Shown: piece by piece, positions 20,081-31,011 of the stretch
How the letters are laid out: each line of letters starts with the position of its first letter
Numbering within the stretch: the stretch's first letter is position 1
The notes under the pieces: generated by a model
The model's database searches: none
Seen by the model: only the letters and a program-made list of their open reading frames with translations
Told to the model about the DNA's origin: nothing
Assembly (NCBI GenBank): GCA_964566795.1
Contig: CAZMIU010000001.1
Location: 15,388-79,387 of the forward strand
Direction: 5' to 3'
DNA: 64,000 nt
Origin: an uncultured Candidatus Saccharibacteria bacterium
GTDB taxonomy: Bacteria; Patescibacteriota; Minisyncoccia; Phycocordibacterales; SBAW01
Program-made: the position numbers and the translations under genes

Positions 20081-20800
20081 ATGGCAGATAAAAACCCCAT
20101 TATAGACAAGCTTTTTTCAGTCGGAGCCCACTTCGGCTATGCGCCGTCGCGCCGCCACCCGTCTGCCTCCAAGTTTATCTTTGGAGCCAAGGGCGGGGTA
20201 GAGCTGTTTGACCTCGAGCAGACCGCCGCGTGCCTTTCTGACGCTCTTGAGGCGGTTAAGACCCTGGCGCAGGAGCGCAAAGTGGTCCTTTTTGTAGGCG
20301 GCAAGGCAGAGGCTGCGTCGGCGGTTAAGCGCGCCGCAGAGCGCCTGGCACAGCCGTATTGCGCCGGCCGCTGGATTGGCGGTTCTATCACCAACTGGCA
20401 AGAGATTAAGCGCCGTCTCAACCGCCTCGAGGAGCTTTCCTCCATGCGCGAGAAGGGCGAGCTCGCCAAGTTTACCAAAAAGGAGCGCCTCCTTATCGAC
20501 CGCGAGATTGCAGACCTCGAGCTTATGTTTGGCGGCCTGCGCGGCATGACAAAGACGCCCGACGCGCTTGTGGTTATAGACCCCAAGCAGGAGGCGGGTG
20601 CCGTTGCCGAGGCTATCCAGTTTAACCTCCCGGTTATCGCACTTATGAACTCCGACTGCGACCGCTCTAAGGTTACCTACCCCATACCAGGCAATGATGC
20701 GTCGCGCAGCGTTATCGAGTACGTGCTCCAGGAGATTGCCGACACCTACGAGAAGAACCTTGCTCCCGCAACTCCTGCAGCAGCTCCCGCAACAAATTAA
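20081..20800 (+). CDS. rpsB: 30S ribosomal protein S2
   Basis: GAHFG, RWIGG, IPGND. Confidence 0.96.
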   Translation: MADKNPIIDKLFSVGAHFGYAPSRRHPSASKFIFGAKGGVELFDLEQTAACLSDALEAVKTLAQERKVVLFVGGKAEAASAVKRAAERLAQPYCAGRWIGGSITNWQEIKRRLNRLEELSSMREKGELAKFTKKERLLIDREIADLELMFGGLRGMTKTPDALVVIDPKQEAGAVAEAIQFNLPVIALMNSDCDRSKVTYPIPGNDASRSVIEYVLQEIADTYEKNLAPATPAAAPATN

Positions 20801-20860
20801 TAATCTATGCGCGACCCCGTAAAGCCGCTTAGCGGCCACGGGGCTAGCAAGACAGGCACT

Positions 20861-21313
20861 ATGATAACTACTGAGCAAATCAAAGAGCTTCGTGATAAGA
20901 CGGGTATTTCTATTGGCGAGTGCAAGAAGGCACTCGAGGCAAGCGAGGGCGACATGGGTAAGGCCATGGCCATTTTGGCCGAGCGTGCAGAGGCTCAGGT
21001 AGGCAAGAAGGCCGACCGCGAGCTTGGTGCCGGTTGCGTTTCCGCCTACGTGCACTCCAATAAGCAGGTGGGTGCCATGGTCTACCTTGCCTGCGAGACC
21101 GACTTTGTATCGAAAAACGAGGAGTTTGTGGCGCTTGGCTACGACCTTGCGATGCACATCTCTGCCATGCGCCCGGTGAGCAAAGAGGAACTCCTCTCAC
21201 AGCCATATATTAAGGATGGCGAGAAGACTATTGCAGACCTAATCTCTGGCGCTACACAGAAGTTTGGCGAGCGCACAGAGATAGCCGACTTCAGTTGTTT
21301 CTCGGTAGCCTAG
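20861..21313 (+). CDS. tsf: Elongation factor Ts (short form)
   Basis: IKELRDKTG...CKKAL, CETDFV; follows rpsB. Confidence 0.93.
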   Translation: MITTEQIKELRDKTGISIGECKKALEASEGDMGKAMAILAERAEAQVGKKADRELGAGCVSAYVHSNKQVGAMVYLACETDFVSKNEEFVALGYDLAMHISAMRPVSKEELLSQPYIKDGEKTIADLISGATQKFGERTEIADFSCFSVA

Positions 21314-21329
21314 GCGCTACACTTAACCC

Positions 21330-21740
21330 GTGATACTTGTCTTTACAGTTGCGCTTGTAGTCTCGATCGTGGGCATGCTCACGCTCCTTATGATGAAGCG
21401 CTATGAGATGAACACGGGCCGGATATTTTTGGCCTCGTCGCGTCCGGCCATAGGGGGCTTCTTTCATCACAAGCTGGTATGGATAGAGTACGTGCTGCCC
21501 GGGCTTGTGCGGGTGGGGGCCAAGCGCACCTACATCTTTGTGAGGCGCGTGGTGCGCGTGTGGACCATTAGGCTTGCGATCAAGCTCGAGACAGCGCTTG
21601 AGCAGGCACTCAGCCGCGTGCGCCACACCACCTTGCCGGCGCGCCGCGGCCAGAGCTCGGCGTTTTTGCGCGAGGTGGCCGAGCACAAAAAACGCCTGCA
21701 GAAGGAATTGCCCGAGGAGCGTATTGTGATAGAGGATTAA
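21330..21740 (+). CDS. Membrane-anchored basic hypothetical protein
   Basis: N-terminal TM; fills the gap between tsf and the tRNA. Confidence 0.7.
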   Translation: MILVFTVALVVSIVGMLTLLMMKRYEMNTGRIFLASSRPAIGGFFHHKLVWIEYVLPGLVRVGAKRTYIFVRRVVRVWTIRLAIKLETALEQALSRVRHTTLPARRGQSSAFLREVAEHKKRLQKELPEERIVIED

Positions 21741-21763
21741 GCAGGTTCGAGAGTAACTAGTAA

Positions 21764-21839
21764 GCCACCTTAGCTCAGTCGGTAGAGCAACTCTTTTGTA
21801 AAGAGAAGGTCCCCAGTTCGAATCTGGGAGGTGGCTCCA
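21764..21839 (+). tRNA. tRNA-Thr(UGU)
   Basis: GCCACCT/AGGTGGC acceptor stem, D arm GCTC/GAGC, loop TTTGTAA, TTCGAAT T loop, encoded CCA. Confidence 0.95.
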
Positions 21840-21842
21840 AAG

Positions 21843-21870
21843 AAAAAATCCACCAATCGGTGGATTTTTT
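21843..21870. terminator. Bidirectional terminator
   Basis: AAAAAATCCACC-AATC-GGTGGATTTTTT between convergent genes. Confidence 0.75.
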
Positions 21871-21887
21871 CGTGTCATCGTTTGAAA

Positions 21888-22577
21888 TTAGCGGTTGGTT
21901 GTGGAGGCGGTCTGGGCGGTGGAGGTGGCCAGGGTTTTAAGCTCGGGGATCAGCTTCTCCATCTCCTTGAGGGTCTTAAAGCCGTATACGGGAGGCTTAG
22001 ATCCTATGACCATCGATGGCAGTTGGTAGCCGTTTATCTGGTTTAGCGTGATAAGCGTCTGGAGCGCGCCCAGCTCCAGGTTGTAGTCAAACGAGTACAC
22101 GCGAAGTGACGGGTAGGTCGAGCGCAGGTAGGTTAGGACCTCGCCCTGGGTACGGCAGTCCTCGCAGGTGCCATCGTTGGAGTAAAAGTAGAGCACAAAC
22201 ACGGGCTTAACCTTGGGGCACTTCTGGCTGATCTGCTTCATAAGCAGGTAGTCCTTGATCTCGAGGAGCGAGTACTGCTTTTTTATGGAGATAACCTCCT
22301 CGTTGTCTGCTCCCAGGTTTTCCTCGGCCACAGACAGCCTGGATGCGAGGTTGTTGAGCTCGGCCGAGAGCACCGGGTTCTCGCTTATGGCCTGGCAGTC
22401 GAGGTTGCCCAAGAGCTCAAACTGGGTCTCTGTCGAGAGGATGTCTATAGAGATAGCCTCCTGCGTGGTGCGGATATCGGCCAGGCGCCTTTGGTCCAGA
22501 CGCGTGGTCAGGTAAAAGGCCGTACCAAATATGGCAGTCGTAATGATGAACGCGAGTAGGTATTTTTGCCAGGGCAT
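21888..22577 (-). CDS. Membrane protein with helical region and thioredoxin-like CxxC domain
   Basis: N-terminal TM; YFYS...CEDC, YSFD, LPSMVI (cis-Pro-like). Confidence 0.75.
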   Translation of the reverse strand: MPWQKYLLAFIITTAIFGTAFYLTTRLDQRRLADIRTTQEAISIDILSTETQFELLGNLDCQAISENPVLSAELNNLASRLSVAEENLGADNEEVISIKKQYSLLEIKDYLLMKQISQKCPKVKPVFVLYFYSNDGTCEDCRTQGEVLTYLRSTYPSLRVYSFDYNLELGALQTLITLNQINGYQLPSMVIGSKPPVYGFKTLKEMEKLIPELKTLATSTAQTASTTNR

Positions 22578-22593
22578 AGTAGGTGGGCGGGGC

Positions 22594-23829
22594 TTATGTC
22601 AGCCAGCCGCGCTCACGGGACAATACAGTATCAAAGGCGGCCCTGGCAAGCCACATGGGCGCGAGGAACCCGAAGAGGAAAAAGTACGACACCAGGTGCT
22701 TTATCTCCAGGCGGCTGCCGGCAATGCGCTGGCCCAACAGCACGGCGACCAGGGTCATAAGGAGCGCCGCTATCATTAAAAACAGCATCATGCCGGTGTT
22801 GAGATAAAACCAGTCAAAGTTAAACGACGGCAGCCTGGGCGGGATGCCTGTCATGTAAATGTCGATGCCCTTCTCTACAAGGTTCTTAAAAAGAGTAAGG
22901 ACAAGGTAGGCTGCGCTGTAGAGGCCCAAGGCAAACGCGGTGAGGCCAAACGGGAGCACCAGCATGCCAAAGTTGCCGTACTTCTTATTAAAGTACATGT
23001 GCGAGTAGTCGCGCGAGTTCTCCAGATAGCCGCGCGACCAGCGGGTGCGCTGGCGGATAAGCGCCGGTACTGTGGTGGGCACGTTGGTGTGCACCACCGC
23101 GGTGTGCACGTTAACAAGCTTGAGCCCGTGCATATGCATCCTAAAGGCCATCTCCATGTCCTCGGTGTGGTGCGCTTTGCGGAACGGTCCTACCTTGTCA
23201 AAAAGCGTGCGGCGGTACACCGAGAATGGGCCCGGCAGGACCGATATGGCGCCCAGGTTGTCAAACATCTTTTTATAAAAAATACCAAAGGTATACTCGA
23301 CCGCCTGCATGAGCTCCAGCACGTTGCGGGGCTGGTTTACCTTCATCGAGGGAGCGGCTGCCATGACCTCCTGGTCGGCCTCAAACGCCTTGACCATCTC
23401 TATAAGGGCGTCCGGCTCGACAAACGAGTCTGCGTCAAGGCAGCCTACAAGCTCGCTGTCGGTGTGTGCCAGGCCAAAGTTGAGCGCCGAGTACTTGCTG
23501 CCCTCGTTTGCCTTCTGATAGAGCCTGACCTGGGGATTGTGCGCAAACTCCTGCGCCGCCTCCCAGGTATTGTCTGTCGAGCCGTCGTCAATAATGACAA
23601 TAGAGAGCTTGTCCTTGGGGTAGCTAAGCGCAAGCAGCGAGTGGATGGTGGGAGAGAGCGTTGCGCCCTTGTTCCAGCAGGGGACAAGGATAGCGACCGT
23701 GGGGTAGCGCTTGGGGAGGACAGAAGACTTTTCTGAGGGGCGCTTTTCAATGAAGGAAATAAGCAAAAACACCTCAAAAAAGAGGGCAAAGAAAAGGGCC
23801 GCATATACGCCAAGCGCTGCAACGTCCAT
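22594..23829 (-). CDS. Processive GT2 glycosyltransferase (PgaC/IcaA/cellulose synthase-like)
   Basis: DDGS, DADS, TED and QRTRW motifs with flanking TM helices; TATAGT 7 nt before ATG 23829. Confidence 0.9.
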   Translation of the reverse strand: MDVAALGVYAALFFALFFEVFLLISFIEKRPSEKSSVLPKRYPTVAILVPCWNKGATLSPTIHSLLALSYPKDKLSIVIIDDGSTDNTWEAAQEFAHNPQVRLYQKANEGSKYSALNFGLAHTDSELVGCLDADSFVEPDALIEMVKAFEADQEVMAAAPSMKVNQPRNVLELMQAVEYTFGIFYKKMFDNLGAISVLPGPFSVYRRTLFDKVGPFRKAHHTEDMEMAFRMHMHGLKLVNVHTAVVHTNVPTTVPALIRQRTRWSRGYLENSRDYSHMYFNKKYGNFGMLVLPFGLTAFALGLYSAAYLVLTLFKNLVEKGIDIYMTGIPPRLPSFNFDWFYLNTGMMLFLMIAALLMTLVAVLLGQRIAGSRLEIKHLVSYFFLFGFLAPMWLARAAFDTVLSRERGWLT

Positions 23830-23883
23830 GAGCCCCACTATAGCATTTTTGGCCTATTTGGGCCATACTTTGAGGAATAGTCT

Positions 23884-24621
23884 ATGCCAGAACAAAAGGG
23901 CCACATCCATCCCATCTCAAGCCTTATCCGCGAGGCTAACCGCATCTTTCTTCAGATGGGCTTCACGTTTGGCGAGGGGCCGCAGCTTGAGGACGAGTGG
24001 CACAACTTTGATGCGCTCAATGTGCCCCATGACCACCCGGCGCGCGACATGCAGGACACGTTCTTTATTAAGGACGAGCCCGGCATGGTCTTGCGCACGC
24101 ACACCTCCAACGTGCAGATACGCTACATGGAGGAACAAATTAAAAAAGGCATTGAGCCCCCGTACCGCGTCATTGTCCCGGGCAAGGTGTTTCGCAACGA
24201 GGCAACCGACATGACGCACGAGGCCGAGTTTTATCAGATGGAGGGCCTGGTTGTGGGCAAGGGTGTTACGCTCGCGCATCTTAAGGGCACTCTGGAGCAG
24301 TTTTTTAAGGAGCTGTTTAAGGGCGCCCACGTGGAGGTGCGCTTTAGGCCGAGCTTCTTTCCGTTTGTGGAGCCGGGCGTGGAGGTGGATATGCGCCTGG
24401 TCGGAGACCATGTTCCCGAGAAGCTCAGGGGCCGCTGGATAGAGATGATGGGTGCGGGCATGGTCCACCCCAATGTCCTTACAAACGCCGGTGTAGACCC
24501 CGCAACGTATCAGGGTTTTGCATTTGGGATGGGGCTCGACCGCCTTGCACTTCTGCGCTGGTCAATTGATGACGTACGCCTTATGCACTCGGGCGACCTG
24601 CGCTTCATCAATCAATTTTAA
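23884..24621 (+). CDS. pheS: Phenylalanine-tRNA ligase alpha subunit (lacks N-terminal coiled coil)
   Basis: HPARDMQDTF, LRTHTS, FPFVEP, GFAFGMGLDR. Confidence 0.96.
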   Translation: MPEQKGHIHPISSLIREANRIFLQMGFTFGEGPQLEDEWHNFDALNVPHDHPARDMQDTFFIKDEPGMVLRTHTSNVQIRYMEEQIKKGIEPPYRVIVPGKVFRNEATDMTHEAEFYQMEGLVVGKGVTLAHLKGTLEQFFKELFKGAHVEVRFRPSFFPFVEPGVEVDMRLVGDHVPEKLRGRWIEMMGAGMVHPNVLTNAGVDPATYQGFAFGMGLDRLALLRWSIDDVRLMHSGDLRFINQF

Positions 24622-24633
24622 TCACTTTCATGT

Positions 24634-26415
24634 ATGAAAGTATCTCGTAACTGGCTAAATAACTTTTTTGAGACGCCGCTCCCGGACGCGGCGACACTTT
24701 CTGACGCCCTAACCTTCCATGCGTTTGAGATAGACGGCGTTGAGGAGGTTAATGGCGACAGCATTTTGGACGTTAAGGTAACTCCCAACCGCGGGCACGA
24801 CTGCCTCGCTCATCGCGGCATAGCCCGTGAGCTCTCCGCAATACTAAGGCTGCCGATTAAAAACGACCCGTTTGCGCTGGTGTTTGATATATCAAACACG
24901 TCAAAGGAGGTTGCGGTCACCATCGAGGACCCTAAGCTCTGCAGCCGCTACATTGCGGGACACATTAAGAATGTAAAAGTGGGGCCCTCGCCCGAGTGGC
25001 TTAAAACCGCACTCGAGGCTATAGGCCAGAGGAGCATTAACAATGTTGTCGACGCGACAAACCTTGTGATGTTTAACGTCGGCCAACCGCTGCACGCCTT
25101 TGATGCCAAGCGCCTGGGCTCTCTGAACATTGGGGTGCGCGCCGCTAAGCTTGGCGAGAAGCTGGAGGCCCTGGATAAGAAGGTCTACGAGCTCAACCCC
25201 AAGCTTTTAGTTATTACAGCAGAGGATAGGCCTGCGGGCATCGCGGGTATCAAGGGCGGCGAAGCCGACCGTATCGATGAGACCACGACTGACATTGTGC
25301 TTGAGGCGGCGACCTTTGACGGCGTGACCATACGCCGCGGCAGCCAGCTGCTTAAGCTGCGCACCGATGCATCGGCGCGCTTTGAGCAGGTGCTCTCGCC
25401 GTACCTGGCAGAGGTGGGCATGCGCCAGGTGGCCAAGCTTATTTTGGAGATTGCCGGCGGGCAGGTGGAGGGCTTTGTCGATGTGTACCCCAAGCCCCAG
25501 GTGCAGACCTATGTTGCGGTAACGGTAGAGCATATAAACCGGCTCTTGGGCACGACCCTGACCGCGGCCGACGTGGCAGACGTGTTTATGTGCCTGGGCT
25601 TTGCTTATAAAGAAGAGAGTGGCGTGTTTGAGGTACAGCCTCCCTTGGAGCGCCTGGACATATCTATTGCCGAGGACCTTATAGAGGAGGTGGGCCGCAT
25701 GGTGGGGTACGACAGCGTGCCCGCAACACCGCTCCCCGCACCTGAGGCGCCGGTTGAGATAAACAAGAACTTTTATGCGGCAGAGAAGGCCCGGCAGGAG
25801 TGGACTGCCAAGGGATACTCGGAGGTGCTCACGAGCGTGTTTGCCGAGAAAGGAGAGCGCATGGTCTTAAACAAGGTAGACGGTGTTAGGCCGTATCTCA
25901 GGAACTCGCTCATACCGGGCCTTACCGAGGCGCTGGCTAAAAACAAACAGAGCAAAGACCTGCTGGGGCTCAAAGAGATAAAGCTATTTGAGATTGGCAT
26001 GGTCTGGAAGGACAGAAAAGAACAATTGATGATCGGTACTATCTCAGAAAAGGAGTCGGCCGCCGAGGCACTGCTTGTGGGGCCTGAGAACCCCACAGGC
26101 TATGACGACCTGCCGCTGTCTGCGGCGGAGCGCTACCAGCCGTTCTCGCGCCAGCCCTATATTGTGCGGGATGTGGCGCTGTGGGTACCAACCAGTACAA
26201 CAGAACAACAGGTACAAGAAACAATAAAGGCAGCGGCAGGAGAGCTCTGCCAGAGTGTGAGACTGTTCGACACATTTACAAAAGACAGCAGGACCTCGCT
26301 CGCGTTCCGCCTGATATTCCAGTCGTTTGATAGGACGCTCACTGAGGCTGAGGCCAACGACGCAATGGTCCGCGTCTGTAGCGCGCTAGGGGCACAGGGG
26401 TTTGAGATTAGATAG
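24634..26415 (+). CDS. pheT: Phenylalanine-tRNA ligase beta subunit (reduced)
   Basis: TPNRGHDCL, GQPLHAFD, EDLIEEVGR, C-terminal FDX-ACB (RDVA, SLAFRL, RTLT). Confidence 0.93.
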   Translation: MKVSRNWLNNFFETPLPDAATLSDALTFHAFEIDGVEEVNGDSILDVKVTPNRGHDCLAHRGIARELSAILRLPIKNDPFALVFDISNTSKEVAVTIEDPKLCSRYIAGHIKNVKVGPSPEWLKTALEAIGQRSINNVVDATNLVMFNVGQPLHAFDAKRLGSLNIGVRAAKLGEKLEALDKKVYELNPKLLVITAEDRPAGIAGIKGGEADRIDETTTDIVLEAATFDGVTIRRGSQLLKLRTDASARFEQVLSPYLAEVGMRQVAKLILEIAGGQVEGFVDVYPKPQVQTYVAVTVEHINRLLGTTLTAADVADVFMCLGFAYKEESGVFEVQPPLERLDISIAEDLIEEVGRMVGYDSVPATPLPAPEAPVEINKNFYAAEKARQEWTAKGYSEVLTSVFAEKGERMVLNKVDGVRPYLRNSLIPGLTEALAKNKQSKDLLGLKEIKLFEIGMVWKDRKEQLMIGTISEKESAAEALLVGPENPTGYDDLPLSAAERYQPFSRQPYIVRDVALWVPTSTTEQQVQETIKAAAGELCQSVRLFDTFTKDSRTSLAFRLIFQSFDRTLTEAEANDAMVRVCSALGAQGFEIR

Positions 26416-26416
26416 A

Positions 26417-26445
26417 AAAACTCCGGGCCAAGGGCCCGGAGTTTT
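26417..26445. terminator. Bidirectional terminator
   Basis: AAAACTCCGGGCC/GGCCCGGAGTTTT. Confidence 0.7.
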
Positions 26446-26449
26446 CAGC

Positions 26450-26920
26450 TTACAAGCGCGTTTTTGCTTTGCCGCAGACGCGGTACATGTGCGTCAGGCT
26501 CCTGCCCTCAAGCCAGATCATCTTGCTTGGGGGAGGGAGGCCTCCGCGTTTCTTTATCCAATCCTGCACATACGCCGGATACAGAGCAAGCAGTATGCTC
26601 GAGGCCTTGAGGTTGGCCACGCGTGTGTGAGCGCCGCTCTTTGCCTGGCCATAATCAAACGCCTGATGGAACCCCAGCCGGGCGCGGTGTGTGACGCAGA
26701 TGTTGTCGTGCGATACGGCAGCCAGGACAATCGTGCAGGCAGAGGCGCATGTCCCGTCTATCACCACCTTCTCGCCTAAGTAGCTTAGGTGGGTATATTT
26801 GGCAATGTAGTCGCCGATGCGCCCGCCGTGGTCGTTTGATATCACCATGGCGGCGTACACCTCCTGTGCCTGAGCCATGGATATGAGCAAACCCAGTCCG
26901 AGCGCGAGTCTGACAAGCAT
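26450..26920 (-). CDS. Secreted ClpP/crotonase-like hypothetical protein resembling a Rhizobiales family
   Basis: Signal peptide; DHGG, IDGTCASACT, LGFH, RGGL; GGAGGAG SD upstream. Confidence 0.8.
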   Translation of the reverse strand: MLVRLALGLGLLISMAQAQEVYAAMVISNDHGGRIGDYIAKYTHLSYLGEKVVIDGTCASACTIVLAAVSHDNICVTHRARLGFHQAFDYGQAKSGAHTRVANLKASSILLALYPAYVQDWIKKRGGLPPPSKMIWLEGRSLTHMYRVCGKAKTRL

Positions 26921-27035
26921 AGTCTCCTCCCTTTTGTTTTTTGAACGGTAGCTTTCTCAACGCTACCACTGTAGCCTTATTTGGCAAGGGTTTTTGCCCA
27001 CGGGAGGGCGTGCAGGGAAGGCCTATATTTGGTAG

Positions 27036-29090
<2,055 letters not shown>

Positions 29091-29096
29091 GTTTCA

Positions 29097-29182
29097 TAAA
29101 AATTCCTCAGAAAAAGTCCTCGGATCTCCTGTACCGTCCTAACAGGGACTGTCAGGCCAGACTATTTTCTGAGAAATTTTTA
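29097..29182. repeat. Long imperfect hairpin (REP/MITE-like) after gyrB
   Basis: TAAAAATTCCTCAGAAAAAGTC ... GACTATTTTCTGAGAAATTTTTA. Confidence 0.6.
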
Positions 29183-29193
29183 CTCCACCCAAC

Positions 29194-29225
29194 AAAAAAT
29201 CCCCGGCACAGGCCGGGGATTTTTT
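29194..29225. terminator. Bidirectional terminator
   Basis: AAAAAATCCCCGGC/GCCGGGGATTTTTT. Confidence 0.75.
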
Positions 29226-29227
29226 GA

Positions 29228-30208
29228 TTAATAGACCTGGTAGCTTGAGACCGCGGTGTTGTTGTACTCGCTTGCCTCGCTGACCTGGTTCATGGGGTCG
29301 ACCTCTATAGTGACCTGCGCCTGGCCGCCCCAGTTGTTGCTCTCAAACGAGTAGTAGTCAAAGCCGTATCCGTTGGCCGGCACCACATCATAACCCAGGG
29401 TGTAGACAATCTTGTCGCCGGGGTAGAGTGCCTGCTGGCCGCCCGAGGGGTAGACATAGATTGGGTTATACGGGAGCACTGCGTTGAAGGTCCAACCGGC
29501 AGGAACCATGTTGGTGCCCATGTTGGTCACCACAAACTGCATGGAGACGCGTGAGCCAACGGAGGCCGCCTGCGGAGCCTGTGTGATCTGGACTGCCAAG
29601 TCGCCCACGCCATAGAGGTTTGTGGTGCGGCCGGAGGGCACGTAGGTTGTCGAGGGCTTGGTCGAGGTTGTCGGCTTGGTAGTAGTAGTGGGCTTGGGGG
29701 TTGTGGTTACGGTTGCGGTGGTAGAGGCCGAGACAGTCGTACCTGCGCTTGCGCGCATGGTTATAACGCCGTCCTCAAGCCGCATAGCGGCAACGGTGAT
29801 AGTTGTGGTAGCGCGGGTGGTGCCCGGGGCGAGCACGGGGATGATGCTCATGCTCGAGGAGGCGGTGATGTAGTTAAAGGGAGTGTCGCACGGCACGAGG
29901 TTGTAGGCGCCGGTTGGGACCGGTGCGGCAACCTGCAACCCTGCGGCGCAGGAGTAGGAGAGCGCGTAGCCAAACTCGCCCACAGCGCCAGTGTGCTTCC
30001 ACGAGACCACGGCGGCCTTGTCGGAGGTGGTCTGCGAGGGGACTGAGATGGTTAGGGTCTCCCTTGCCTTGCCGAGGTTTGCAAAAAATGCCGGGAGTCT
30101 GAAAGCGAGCTGGATAATGCCCCATGCGCCAAGGAGGAGTATCGCGATAAGGCCCAAGACGGCGATTACGCGCAGCGCGTTCTCGCGGAAGGTGGTGTGG
30201 GTTGCCAT
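29228..30208 (-). CDS. Membrane-anchored protein with Thr/Pro linker and CARDB domain
   Basis: TM helix; DLAV...VTNMG...VDPMNQVSEASEYNN CARDB signature. Confidence 0.82.
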   Translation of the reverse strand: MATHTTFRENALRVIAVLGLIAILLLGAWGIIQLAFRLPAFFANLGKARETLTISVPSQTTSDKAAVVSWKHTGAVGEFGYALSYSCAAGLQVAAPVPTGAYNLVPCDTPFNYITASSSMSIIPVLAPGTTRATTTITVAAMRLEDGVITMRASAGTTVSASTTATVTTTPKPTTTTKPTTSTKPSTTYVPSGRTTNLYGVGDLAVQITQAPQAASVGSRVSMQFVVTNMGTNMVPAGWTFNAVLPYNPIYVYPSGGQQALYPGDKIVYTLGYDVVPANGYGFDYYSFESNNWGGQAQVTIEVDPMNQVSEASEYNNTAVSSYQVY

Positions 30209-30280
30209 GACCGGCACAGTAGCACGGGCCAAAGCCCTAGTCAATGTTTATAAAAAATGGTATAACTGGCGCATATATCC

Positions 30281-30877
30281 ATGCGCGCGCTTAGCTTTGC
30301 ATTGACGTTCATATTCCTGTTTGCGCTCACGTACGCCTTTTTGGGGCTGGTAGACGCGCTTCCAAACCCGCCGGGCGGGGGTTCTGAGCACGCCGGCGTT
30401 AAGGAAGATGTGCGGGACGACGTGGCCGAGTACCCCGTGCGTGTTGTAATCCCCGATGTTGGCATAGACAGTCGTATTATCACGCCCGCCTCCGTGGATA
30501 TTGACGTGCTTAACGCGGCGGTAGACCAGGCTGCGGTGCACTACCCAGGCTCGGGGCTACTGGGCCCCGACGGCACGGTGCTTTTGTTTGGGCACTCGTC
30601 GCATTTGCCAATAGTCCACAACCAGGCGTTTAAGACATTTAACGGTGTCGAGAAGCTCAAAGCAGGCCAGGTGATAAGCGTATACTCCGGCACCACCGAG
30701 TACCGCTACAAGGTGGCGGGGGTGCGCTTTGCCAAGGCGGTTGCACACAGCGATAGCGATGTGATAGAACTGCCAGCAGTAGGCAAGCACCTTACCTTGG
30801 TGACCTGTGACAACTTTGGGGTCAAGTCTGACCGCTGGGTCGTGACGGCCGACTTTGAGGGGGCATATACCCTGTAG
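30281..30877 (+). CDS. Sortase
   Basis: N-terminal TM; VHYPGS, FGHS (catalytic His), LTLVTC, downstream Arg (SDRWVV). Confidence 0.92.
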   Translation: MRALSFALTFIFLFALTYAFLGLVDALPNPPGGGSEHAGVKEDVRDDVAEYPVRVVIPDVGIDSRIITPASVDIDVLNAAVDQAAVHYPGSGLLGPDGTVLLFGHSSHLPIVHNQAFKTFNGVEKLKAGQVISVYSGTTEYRYKVAGVRFAKAVAHSDSDVIELPAVGKHLTLVTCDNFGVKSDRWVVTADFEGAYTL

Positions 30878-30908
30878 TAGAGCCATATAATGGGGCTTTA
30901 GAGAGGGC

Positions 30909-30937
30909 TTGACAACAAGCCCTATAGGTGATATACT
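30909..30937 (+). promoter_or_regulatory. Sigma70-type promoter
   Basis: TTGACA-17 nt-TATACT upstream of 31012. Confidence 0.75.
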
Positions 30938-31011
30938 TTGGCCAAGTCCTGTTCTTTAACTAACTCATTGTCCCACCCGGGACTCCAACCACACAACCCA
31001 AGGAGGGCCTC

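Noticed and set aside
21764-23829. Island integrated at tRNA-Thr
   Set aside because: No integrase and no duplicated tRNA 3' end seen downstream.
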